Below, piece after piece: positions 9,711 through 17,746 of a stretch of DNA of 64,000 nucleotides (position 1 is its first letter; every line of letters starts with the position of its first letter). The stretch lies in the IMG/VR virus record IMGVR_UViG_3300025141_014429, positions 1 to 64,000 of that record. The stretch is one strand, 5' to 3'. The notes under the pieces were generated by a model. It was given only the letters and a program-made list of their open reading frames with translations, did not search any database and had not been told where the DNA came from. Source of the stretch: a virus. Made by a program: the position numbers and the translations under genes.

Positions 9711-9928
9711 AATCCTTCGTATCATTCAGTTCTCACTTAGAGCGTTCGGTCAAGAGAATAGCAGAATAGTTATCAAGGTTCTAGAAGCACTAGAACGCGA
9801 ACACATCAAAGAGGAAGAGAAGTGGTTGCGTATCAATGGCCACAACTGGAAAATCAGCAGGTGACAACTCACGTGCAAAACATAAAACCAATCTGTATAA
9901 TATAAACACACCAACCAAAGGAGAATAC

Positions 9929-10153
9929 ATGCGATCATCAATCATCATTACAGTTCTAGTTAAGAATATAGTTTGGGACACAGATAGTCAAGAGGATATT
10001 ATTGAAAATAACCTCCCAGAAGAAGTACCTGTCCAAGTCGATCTAGCTTCAATACATAGTTTTGATTGTATCAATAAACAAATATGCAATCACCTTTCAG
10101 ACGAATATGGATGGTTGATCTCTGACTATGATTTAGAAGGTTATTCAAAATAA
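9929..10153 (+). CDS. hypothetical acidic early protein (start revised)
   Basis: promoter unit plus AAGGAG SD before ATG 9929. Confidence 0.7.
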   Translation: MRSSIIITVLVKNIVWDTDSQEDIIENNLPEEVPVQVDLASIHSFDCINKQICNHLSDEYGWLISDYDLEGYSK

Positions 10154-10400
10154 ATCAAAACACGTGCAAAATCAATTAGAGTTCTGTATAATATAAACAC
10201 ATACCAACCAATAAGGAAACATTATGAAAAACCAATCACCAACACAACCTTTTTTCGATCTCATTGAAAAAGAGTTAAAAGAATATGAACAAAAAATCGC
10301 ACAAAAAAATGGACATCAATCTAAAACGCGTGCAAAATCAAAATAACCACTGTATAATATAAACACCTAACCAATAATAAACAACCAATAAGGAGTCAAT

Positions 10401-10832
10401 ATGACTATTTCAAATAAAACAACCCTTCAAGAGCTTATCAAACTCGGTCTATTTTCAGAAGCTGATATCGAAAAGTTCAATAAAAAACTTCAAAGAGCAG
10501 CTGATAGCCAAGCTCGTAAAGCCTTAGTAGATGGCACCATGTCAGCTATCAAAGCTCTAGTTCAATCAGAAGTCCATAATGGAAATAAGTATTGGTCTGT
10601 TAAAACAGCAGCTCATAGCCTTGGTTTCATGAGTTATATCCAAGCTGATAGAGGGATCGTTCTCAAAGCTCTTACAAAGTTAACTGAGGAAGGGTATTTA
10701 ACTAAGATTGGTCTTAAAACCGTCGAAGGTAAGCTAACAGAGTTAACGCCTAAACAAGTTAACGCATTCCAAATCCGTTATGTAGTTACCCCCGTTGAAG
10801 CTGAAGGCGCTATCGTTCCAGTGGCCAAGTAA
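10401..10832 (+). CDS. putative winged-helix DNA-binding protein, family B (copy 1)
   Basis: N-terminal TLQELI.LG.FSEADIEKF shared with 14265; C-terminal RGIVLKALTKLTEEGYLTK is wHTH-like. Confidence 0.55.
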   Translation: MTISNKTTLQELIKLGLFSEADIEKFNKKLQRAADSQARKALVDGTMSAIKALVQSEVHNGNKYWSVKTAAHSLGFMSYIQADRGIVLKALTKLTEEGYLTKIGLKTVEGKLTELTPKQVNAFQIRYVVTPVEAEGAIVPVAK

Positions 10833-10841
10833 GGCCCTGGA

Positions 10842-10887
10842 GGTGGGAGGACTTTAACCGGTCCCCCACTGCCCTCACTTTTATTTT
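10842..10887 (+). terminator. probable intrinsic terminator
   Basis: GTGGGAGGAC/GTCCCCCAC stem followed by a T-rich tract. Confidence 0.6.
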
Positions 10888-10944
10888 CGTGCAAAATCAA
10901 TATCATAGTTGTATAATATAAACACATCAACCAAAGGATATATT

Positions 10945-11292
10945 ATGAAATACTTTTCAATCGACTATCGTTCACCCCCTTCTGGAATGGGACAAATCAT
11001 TGACACCAAAAAACCTGAGAAGGTTGGAGATCAATATAACTTCATTCTTATTGACTACGGTACTGATCCTCATGAAGATCCCAGCTATGTCATGACAAAA
11101 TACTTCTATTCAGAACAAGCAGCAGAAGAAGGATGGGCAGGAGCAGTTCTTCCCCAAATATTTCAATTCCTTCGAGACTCCAAAGTTACACATGTCCATG
11201 ACAGTGAGCTATCATATGAAGAGGAAGGGGCAGACGAGGATGGGTATTTCCTATTAGATCGCTGGATCGAAATTATGAATTCATATTTATAG
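10945..11292 (+). CDS. hypothetical acidic early protein (start revised)
   Basis: promoter unit plus AAGGA SD before ATG 10945. Confidence 0.7.
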   Translation: MKYFSIDYRSPPSGMGQIIDTKKPEKVGDQYNFILIDYGTDPHEDPSYVMTKYFYSEQAAEEGWAGAVLPQIFQFLRDSKVTHVHDSELSYEEEGADEDGYFLLDRWIEIMNSYL

Positions 11293-11301
11293 GAGACAAA
11301 A

Positions 11302-11454
11302 ATGGATGTCAGTGCACTTACGCTCAAAGAGTTGGTAGACCTAGGTCTGATATCTCAGGAGATGATCATACGAATTCAAACCCGTGCTGATCGTCAACTT
11401 GAGAGGATGGCACAAAACCATAAGTTGAGCAATTACATAAAACGAAAAAAATAA
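11302..11454 (+). CDS. 50-aa protein consisting of the family B N-terminal domain only (not in ORF track)
   Basis: AGGAG SD; MDVSALTLKELVDLGLISQEMI resembles TLQELVDSGVITAADV. Confidence 0.6.
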   Translation: MDVSALTLKELVDLGLISQEMIIRIQTRADRQLERMAQNHKLSNYIKRKK

Positions 11455-11545
11455 ACTTTTTTTGAAGTTGGTCATTTTTTGACCGGTTTCCAATACGGAG
11501 CTCAAAATAATATGGTATAATATATCTATACCAACCAACAAGGAG
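11452..11545 (+). repeat. 94-bp sigma-gene upstream element, copy 1 (extended -10 promoter TGgTATAAT plus GGTCA-N5-TGACC palindrome)
   Basis: 83/94 identical without gaps to the reverse complement of 17747..17840 (hand alignment). Confidence 0.9.
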
Positions 11546-11552
11546 TTTATTT

Positions 11553-12017
11553 ATGAATATCAACATTAATGAATATATCAAACTAGTTCACCATATCGCT
11601 CACAAATACCGATGGGCAGGAGCCGCTCATGAGGACTTGGTCAGTGCTGGGATAGAGGGACTAGTTGAGGCTAAGGAGAGATTTGACCCTGAAATGGGGA
11701 ACAAATACATTACTTATGCACATTGGTGGGTCCGAGCTTATATCCAAAAAGCTGTCAATTCTCACATCAAAAATAATCATAAATCATTGAATCAAGAGGA
11801 TAGCCTAGGGCGTCAGGGAATAGATAAGGTTGCTGCTGAATATGAAGCTGATACCGAATCATTGATGGCACCTTATATTGAAAGACTCTTAGCTGTATTA
11901 GCTCTATCTGAGCGTGTTATTATTTCAAAAAGATTTGATTTAAAAGGTCCGATACCCACCAAAAGAGAAGAGGTCCTTGAGGAAGCCCGATCTGAGCTAT
12001 CAGCATTGAAGGTATAA
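11553..12017 (+). CDS. sigma-70-family RNA polymerase sigma factor, short form (region 2 plus truncated region 4)
   Basis: EDLVSAGIEGLVEAKERFDPEMGNKYITYAHWWVR matches region 2; C-terminal LSERVIISKRF without the 4.2 HTH first helix. Confidence 0.85.
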   Translation: MNININEYIKLVHHIAHKYRWAGAAHEDLVSAGIEGLVEAKERFDPEMGNKYITYAHWWVRAYIQKAVNSHIKNNHKSLNQEDSLGRQGIDKVAAEYEADTESLMAPYIERLLAVLALSERVIISKRFDLKGPIPTKREEVLEEARSELSALKV

Positions 12018-12140
12018 AACCCCGATGGTTAGCTAAAAAAAGATAAATAAATACGTGTAAAACTCAATATTTAGAAGTATAATATAACCATATAATAAAA
12101 CAACCCAACAAATCCAAATCAACATACCAAGGAAACAAAT

Positions 12141-13019
12141 ATGACAAATTTTTTAGAAGGAAGCAAGACTGTTAGACCCGAGACACCTATCATTGACAGT
12201 GTAGCAGAATTTACGCCTGATGCACTTAATCAAGACGGTATTTGGGCACATGCTTTCGATGAGTCAAACGACATTGAGATACCAGCGTACTTAGACAATC
12301 CTATCAAAACAGGACTAAGTTATATGGACTACATTCTTGGTGACGCAGGGTTCTATCCAACACAGTGTACCATCTTAACAGGTGACCCTGGATGTGGAAA
12401 GACTACTATGGCTCTCGAGATGGCATCTGCTATGCGTGGGCTCGGCTCTAATGTCGCATTTGCTTCCTGTGAGATGCGAAGAGAGATGGTCGCTAAATTT
12501 CAAAAGCGGCTCAAAGCAGAACATCCGATCAAAGTCATTACAGACAAGATCGTGCGAACTGCTAGAGGTTCTACCCGTGTTCCCTTTGCATCTCACGTTC
12601 CAACTCTCATTGAGACATGCGAGCGAATCCGTGCGCAAGATCCTGATAAGCCGTTCGTCCTCATTATTGATTCCCTTCAGGAGTTAGATGATGGACACTT
12701 CGGGACCGGGCGCAAGACATCGAAGACAGCATATCGTGCGCTGGACCGACTCAACAGTTACTGCAAGCAGACAGAATGTACTTTGATAGTCATTGGTCAG
12801 GTAACAAAGTCGGGTCAAATGGCCGGTAGCAATGATATCAAGCATCTCATCGATGCACATCTTCATCTATCAGTAGAACAAAAGGATGAAGAGATGCGAG
12901 GTGCTAGAATACTCCAAGCAACAAAGAATAGGTTTGCTGGATGCGGTCAGCTGGTGTTCCTCCAGATGAAGTCCGAAGGATTGCAGGAAATCGCACGTCT
13001 CAAGGAGAGCTCTTTATAA
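12141..13019 (+). CDS. radA: RadA/Sms-like RecA-fold ATPase (core domain only)
   Basis: Walker A GDPGCGKTT, Walker B IIDSLQ, GQVTKSGQMAG..DIKHLIDA and KNRF motifs; no N-terminal Zn finger or C-terminal Lon-like domain. Confidence 0.85.
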   Translation: MTNFLEGSKTVRPETPIIDSVAEFTPDALNQDGIWAHAFDESNDIEIPAYLDNPIKTGLSYMDYILGDAGFYPTQCTILTGDPGCGKTTMALEMASAMRGLGSNVAFASCEMRREMVAKFQKRLKAEHPIKVITDKIVRTARGSTRVPFASHVPTLIETCERIRAQDPDKPFVLIIDSLQELDDGHFGTGRKTSKTAYRALDRLNSYCKQTECTLIVIGQVTKSGQMAGSNDIKHLIDAHLHLSVEQKDEEMRGARILQATKNRFAGCGQLVFLQMKSEGLQEIARLKESSL

Positions 13020-13030
13020 GTTATTAGATG

Positions 13031-13116
13031 TGTGTCGTTCATTGGTTGGTTACCTTTATGGGCGGTAGGTAAGAACGACACAAACTCCGATGGTTGGACC
13101 TACCGCCCACTTTTTT
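13031..13116 (+). terminator. intrinsic terminator with a mutually exclusive upstream hairpin (attenuator-like)
   Basis: 12-bp stem 13059-13070/13098-13109 plus T6; alternative 10-bp stem 13031-13040/13073-13082 encloses its 5' arm. Confidence 0.65.
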
Positions 13117-13117
13117 A

Positions 13118-13191
13118 GCACCAATAGCTCAAATGGAAAGAGCATCCGCCTTCTAAGCGGACGGTTGCAGGTTCGAGTCCTGCTTGGTGTA
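13118..13191 (+). tRNA. tRNA-Arg (anticodon TCT), CCA not encoded
   Basis: GCACCAA/TTGGTGT acceptor stem, D-arm AGCTCAAATGGAAAGAGC, anticodon stem TCCGC/GCGGA with loop CTTCTAA, T-loop GTTCGAGTC. Confidence 0.95.
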
Positions 13192-13223
13192 CAGACTTAA
13201 ACATACGAATCGATTCTGGGTTC

Positions 13224-13278
13224 GGGTGCTATGGTAGGATCGGTTCGTTCCTTGGTTGACCATAGCACCCTTTTTTTT
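13224..13278 (+). terminator. intrinsic terminator after the tRNA, with a large loop
   Basis: 12-bp perfect stem GGGTGCTATGGT/ACCATAGCACCC plus T8. Confidence 0.85.
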
Positions 13279-13333
13279 GCGTGTAACTCTCGTGATAACA
13301 AAGTATAATAACAACACATCCAACGGAGGCTCT

Positions 13334-13519
13334 ATGAAAAGAGGTACACATGTAACAATCACACAACACGAAACTGAAAGTGTGGTGGGTCAACAAGGTA
13401 TTATAACAGCTGCACATTGTGTGACAGGATCTGTGAGATATCATGTCAAAACTGAAACAGCTACATATTATTGTTCAGTCACTCAGCTCAAATTAAGTAA
13501 CGCAATTGCGTGCAAATAA
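13334..13519 (+). CDS. small SH3-like hypothetical protein (start revised)
   Basis: promoter unit plus GGAGG SD; stop lies in the next promoter. Confidence 0.65.
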   Translation: MKRGTHVTITQHETESVVGQQGIITAAHCVTGSVRYHVKTETATYYCSVTQLKLSNAIACK

Positions 13520-13569
13520 ACATTAAACCACGTATAATAGATACACACCCAAACAATCAAGGAAATATT

Positions 13570-14169
13570 ATGACCCATACAAAACAACAAGTTCTTGACC
13601 TTCTTCAAGACCCTGACTATGTCGGAGCAGCAATCATTCTTATCGGACAAAATCAGACTCAGGATGAATTGAGAACCAAGCATACCCATAATCTTAATGG
13701 AGAAGGATTCTCAGCCGCATATGCAAAGGTTGGTACAAGGTTTTATGAGTTTGTTACAGGTATTCAAACCTCAACTGGTAAGAAGAAGTGGCAATCCCGA
13801 TCCCTCGCTCACCCAAAAGCTGATCAGATATTTCGTCGTTATATCAACAATCGTGGCTGTAACAATGCTATTGACTATGCTCGTGATATTGCAGCTCTCC
13901 ATTGGAAACAACTAGGTGCTATGTTTGAAGTTGGTTTTACTGTTCCATCATATGACGTTCAAGTTGGAGAACCTGAAGCTGCACCAGCTAAACAAGAACC
14001 AGCACGTATATTGTTGGCTTGCCAGTTTATCAAAGTCAGTGGTAAGGCCGTCCAAGTCAAGATGAATGGGAATGGCAAAAAGATTTGGTTACCAAAGTCT
14101 CAAGTCCAATCAACAGAAGATGGATTGAGTATACCAACATGGTTGGCTTCCAACAAAGGACTCCTGTAA
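13570..14169 (+). CDS. hypothetical early protein (start revised)
   Basis: promoter plus AAGGA SD; C-terminal KKIWLPKSQV small beta domain. Confidence 0.75.
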   Translation: MTHTKQQVLDLLQDPDYVGAAIILIGQNQTQDELRTKHTHNLNGEGFSAAYAKVGTRFYEFVTGIQTSTGKKKWQSRSLAHPKADQIFRRYINNRGCNNAIDYARDIAALHWKQLGAMFEVGFTVPSYDVQVGEPEAAPAKQEPARILLACQFIKVSGKAVQVKMNGNGKKIWLPKSQVQSTEDGLSIPTWLASNKGLL

Positions 14170-14264
14170 GGGGTCCAACTTCATCTTTCATTTTCGTGCA
14201 AAACTCTAATCTAACCCGTATAATATAAACACATAATCCAATAACAACAACCAAGGAGAATATT

Positions 14265-14678
14265 ATGTCATTCAATCAAAAAACCCTTCAAGAGCTTGTA
14301 GATTCAGGCGTCATTACAGCAGCTGATGTTGCTAAGTTTGAAAAACGTCTAGCTCGTTTAGATAAGAAAGCAGCTAAGGAAGCTAGAGCAGCTGAAGTCC
14401 TTACCAAAGTTGGAGATGCTTTTCATGAGCTGACCAAGGAAGGTAATCCAACAAAGCATCGTGCAATTTGGGAAAAAGTTGGTCGTGAAGCTCATAGCCG
14501 TGACGAAGTCCTAGATGCTCTTAGAACTCTACGAGATAACGGAGAAGCCCGTACCTATAAGCTTAGTAACAATAACTTTCAAATCTTTTGGGCTCAACCT
14601 CTACCTGTTGTAGAAGAAGCTGATGAAGATGCAGATGCAGAAGCTCTTGCTGTTATCCCTGGTGTTGATGAGGTTTAG
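14265..14678 (+). CDS. putative winged-helix DNA-binding protein, family B (copy 2)
   Basis: TLQELVDSGVITAADVAKF N-terminus; HRAIWEKVGR...SRDEVLDALRTLRDNGEA is wHTH-like. Confidence 0.55.
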   Translation: MSFNQKTLQELVDSGVITAADVAKFEKRLARLDKKAAKEARAAEVLTKVGDAFHELTKEGNPTKHRAIWEKVGREAHSRDEVLDALRTLRDNGEARTYKLSNNNFQIFWAQPLPVVEEADEDADAEALAVIPGVDEV

Positions 14679-14742
14679 GCCTCATCACCTAGCGTGTAAA
14701 CATCGAAGTTCAGTTGTATAATATAAACATCAAGGAGATAAC

Positions 14743-14922
14743 ATGACAATAACACTTAAATCACTTTTCACTGCCTTCATCTCTCTGGTTATGCCAGGAG
14801 TGGGCCAACTCTTCTATGGAGAACTAGGTTGGGCACTATTTTGGTTTGTAACAGCAATCATCACAGGTGGACTTACAATATGGCCATCAGCAATTCACTG
14901 TCTTTTTTTAGCAAACAAATAG
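14743..14922 (+). CDS. small membrane protein, TM2-like (not in ORF track)
   Basis: 59 aa, ISLVMPGVGQLFYGELGWALFWF; own promoter and AAGGAG SD. Confidence 0.65.
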   Translation: MTITLKSLFTAFISLVMPGVGQLFYGELGWALFWFVTAIITGGLTIWPSAIHCLFLANK

Positions 14923-14931
14923 GAGTATCAC

Positions 14932-15213
14932 ATGAAACTAACAGATCTATCCGCAGCATTAGCTAATCTAACACCGCTAGAACGTACACAAATCGAAGCA
15001 GCAAAGAGTAGCTATATGTTGCATGTTGCTATAGTAACATCTGAATATATTAAGCAAAAGGAAGAGCTGGAAAATTTTGAATTGTTCACCGATCCAGAAG
15101 ATGCCATATCTCAGCAAACACTAGTACTAATCCGTAAGCAGGTCGCAGAGATGGAGATGAAGGTATCACAACTAGCATGTGAGCTGGAGAATCATTTCAA
15201 TATATCAGCGTAA
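14932..15213 (+). CDS. hypothetical coiled-coil protein
   Basis: AGGAG SD; heptad-like C-terminus. Confidence 0.65.
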   Translation: MKLTDLSAALANLTPLERTQIEAAKSSYMLHVAIVTSEYIKQKEELENFELFTDPEDAISQQTLVLIRKQVAEMEMKVSQLACELENHFNISA

Positions 15214-15272
15214 TACGTGTAAAACGATCGATTGACTAGTATAATATAAACACACCAACCAAAGGAAACAAC

Positions 15273-15896
15273 ATGATCACACTACTTATTCTTACAGCAT
15301 GCGGAAACGAAAACCAAATCATTGACACATCCCCACCCTCAGCTAGTGTCGAAGAAGTGACAGAAGAATGTGCACCGGCAGAACAACCTGTCATCAACCT
15401 CACATGTCCGGAAGTGCAGCTAACATGCCCTGAACCGGTTATCAATGTCCAAGTTTCAGCTCCGGATGTACAGGTTGATGTTGCAGCTCCAGATGTCGAT
15501 GTCACTGTGGAAGGCCCTGATATGTCAGGTATAGAAGCAGCAATTGATGAAATGATTGATGCGTTGAGCAGCAATTCTGGCGGCACTTCAGGAGACAAGG
15601 AATGGATATTCTTTGCTAGTGATATAACAGTCGCATCAGGAGATGTTATAACTGCTACAAACACTAGAACCACCGATCTGATCATAACAGAGATAAGACT
15701 ATCCAATACCATTGAATGCTGGATAGAAGGATCTGCAGGTATTATTGCTTACGTTGGGCACAACACCGGTGCACCAACAAATAGTCAACAAGGCTCAAAT
15801 CAACTAAGTCTCCCTATACATCAAGGTGAAACACTATATTGCAGCACCCATGAAAGTGGTGCAGGATACGTATTTGTCAACGGTTACTATCAATAA
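15273..15896 (+). CDS. putative lipoprotein with P/V/D-rich repeat linker
   Basis: very short signal MITLLILTAC (lipobox-like); CPEVQL/CPEPVI/APDVQV/APDVDV/GPD repeats. Confidence 0.6.
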   Translation: MITLLILTACGNENQIIDTSPPSASVEEVTEECAPAEQPVINLTCPEVQLTCPEPVINVQVSAPDVQVDVAAPDVDVTVEGPDMSGIEAAIDEMIDALSSNSGGTSGDKEWIFFASDITVASGDVITATNTRTTDLIITEIRLSNTIECWIEGSAGIIAYVGHNTGAPTNSQQGSNQLSLPIHQGETLYCSTHESGAGYVFVNGYYQ

Positions 15897-16187
15897 CATG
15901 CAAATTCTAGATAGGTATAGTATAATAACAATGCATACCAACTAGGAGTTAAACTATGACAACCATCACCTGGAAGAACCGACAAGGTACACACACTGTA
16001 ACATTCACCCATTCAATCGCACGAGTATTCATAATGAAACTACGAACACTTGGCCTCACCTTTACTCTAACCAAGGAGCTCTAACCATGGGCGCAATCAT
16101 CTTCTTAATCATCTGCTTTATCATGGTCTGTGACATTGCAAATACCCTAGACAAACAATACAACCCCAACAACAAAAGGAAATAAAC

Positions 16188-16454
16188 ATGACTATAAAAC
16201 AGTTATCTGAATACATTAATAAATATAAGAACAATCCACTTGGTGTCTGTGTCGACGCACTTGAGGATATGATACACCGCTTTGATCATCCTGAAGCTGA
16301 CGGCTATGTCTCAGCTATAGTTGGTGACGCTGATGTTCTGCTTATGCGTGCCTATGAAGCTCACAATGCAGCAATTGACTCAGAAGTAGCTACTGAGGTT
16401 CATCTTGGCAACCCTATTTTGCTAGAAGTTGCAAGGCAATGCCCATGTTGTTAG
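16188..16454 (+). CDS. hypothetical protein
   Basis: AAGGA SD. Confidence 0.6.
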   Translation: MTIKQLSEYINKYKNNPLGVCVDALEDMIHRFDHPEADGYVSAIVGDADVLLMRAYEAHNAAIDSEVATEVHLGNPILLEVARQCPCC

Positions 16455-16648
16455 CATTATACAACATCTTTGTTTTAGTTGTGGGATCAGCAGCAATCAT
16501 ATGTGCTTCACTATGTGCTGTTGCTCTCGTCAACATCTTTGCAGCATCTGCAATCACCTACCGCGATGATAAGCTACTACTTGCATGGTCACTACCATGC
16601 ACAATGCTTTTTGTTGGGTTACTTATGATAATGTTAGGTTATATATAG
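16439..16648 (+). CDS. small two-TM membrane protein
   Basis: two hydrophobic stretches; start uncertain. Confidence 0.45.
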   Translation: MPMLLALYNIFVLVVGSAAIICASLCAVALVNIFAASAITYRDDKLLLAWSLPCTMLFVGLLMIMLGYI

Positions 16649-16702
16649 AAGACGTTGATCACGGTTGAACTCCGTCCAACTAAATAGGTTAACCTAGGTA
16701 TA

Positions 16703-16948
16703 ATGAAAGAAGAAGCAACCAACAGCAAAGCTATTGAGGACGCACCACTTCGCGCTGGCGACTTGGTGCTTTGCAAGCTTCGCAATGGATATCAGCGACA
16801 TGTACTAGTGCTGAGTGTAATACCCTATCAGTTATGGAAGGGAGACACCACTGGCTATAGGTACCGCTACAGAGTACTTTATAGACGAGGCACTATCGGT
16901 AAGATGGGATTGCGAAGTCATTGGCTGGTACAGAGAGCTGATGTATGA
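16703..16948 (+). CDS. small SH3/KOW-like protein
   Basis: LRAGDLVLCK motif. Confidence 0.5.
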   Translation: MKEEATNSKAIEDAPLRAGDLVLCKLRNGYQRHVLVLSVIPYQLWKGDTTGYRYRYRVLYRRGTIGKMGLRSHWLVQRADV

Positions 16949-17244
16949 GTGGAGCTGAAAGCACTTTTTTCGTGGGAGATGTGGTTGAATTACTCTTTGA
17001 ATACCGCATGCGGAACGACAATGAATATGATCACAGGTCCCTGCAGCGTGGAATCGTCTTATACGTGGACGAAGTATGGGAAGCTTATACAGTAATGTGG
17101 ACAGACGGAACTGTGAGCCGGAACATGTTCTTGGACGAATGCACAACTCGGTGCATCATTCCAGCGAAAGGAACTTCGCGCTCGAACACAGCACTTCGAA
17201 CTTTGCGCCCGGGAATGCTGCATAGCGGATCTTTGGGGTGGTGA
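16945..17244 (+). CDS. small SH3/KOW-like protein
   Basis: FFVGDVVEL...GIVLYV...YTVMWTDG; ATGA overlap with upstream ORF. Confidence 0.55.
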   Translation: MSGAESTFFVGDVVELLFEYRMRNDNEYDHRSLQRGIVLYVDEVWEAYTVMWTDGTVSRNMFLDECTTRCIIPAKGTSRSNTALRTLRPGMLHSGSLGW

Positions 17245-17257
17245 ATTGAGGTACCTC

Positions 17258-17740
17258 TTACTTAAGTAAGGCAGCAAGCTCCTCACGTGCCTCAGCAAGG
17301 TGAGCTTCTCGTTTAGGTTCTACTTCAAAATCAAAATCAAATCTTCTTGCAATAATAACTCTTTCCTTTACGGAGAGAACTGCCAACATACGGTCCACAT
17401 ATGGGCCCATGATATCTTGCATGCTAGGGCCTGAAGTATCGGGGACCTCAGCTAACTTTTCATGCATAGATTTGCCACAACTGTCTTGCGATTCAATGGA
17501 GACTAAACCACTTTGCGCGCGAATATGACGGTCAGCTGCTTGTTGTACTTTACCCCGTATCCACCACCAAGCGAAGGTAATAAACTTGTTCCCGGTATCC
17601 GGATCGAAACGTTCCTTAGCGATTTGTAAACCCATATATCCCTCTGCGACGAGGTCGTCGTACTCTGCGCCACACCACGCGTATCGCTTCGCCATTTGGT
17701 GGATAAGAGGGACTAGATTTGGATATTCTACATTTGACAT
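17258..17740 (-). CDS. sigma-70-family sigma factor, short form; paralog of 11553..12017
   Basis: DDLVAEGYMGLQIAKERFDPDTGNKFITFAWWWIR; same truncated region 4 (LSVKERVIIARRF...PKREAHLAEAR). Confidence 0.85.
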   Translation of the reverse strand: MSNVEYPNLVPLIHQMAKRYAWCGAEYDDLVAEGYMGLQIAKERFDPDTGNKFITFAWWWIRGKVQQAADRHIRAQSGLVSIESQDSCGKSMHEKLAEVPDTSGPSMQDIMGPYVDRMLAVLSVKERVIIARRFDFDFEVEPKREAHLAEAREELAALLK

Positions 17741-17746
17741 ATTATA

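Larger units (their letters stand above)
892..15926 (+). promoter_or_regulatory. array of 26 repeated early promoter/leader units: (C)GTG[C/T]AA-N17-TATAAT(ATAA)-A/C-rich leader with CCAACCAA-AGGA(G)
   Basis: -35 hexamer starts at 893,1247,1592,3175,3847,4255,5297,5965,6402,6627,7237,8179,8708,9084,9400,9873,10164,10330,10889,12055,13281,13510,14196,14694,15217,15898. Each has TATAAT exactly 17 bp downstream (counted by hand), followed by an SD and ATG. Confidence 0.92.

Noticed and set aside
920-15270. CCAACC leader as extended pairing to the 16S rRNA GGUUGG upstream of the anti-SD
   Set aside because: Antiparallel pairing would require CCAACC downstream of the SD, but here it lies upstream. 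It is more simply an unstructured A/C-rich leader.
892-15926. CRISPR array or integron attC cassette array
   Set aside because: The repeats are degenerate promoter/SD units separated by whole ORFs of variable length. They have no palindromic attC structure, and no cas or integrase gene is in the window.
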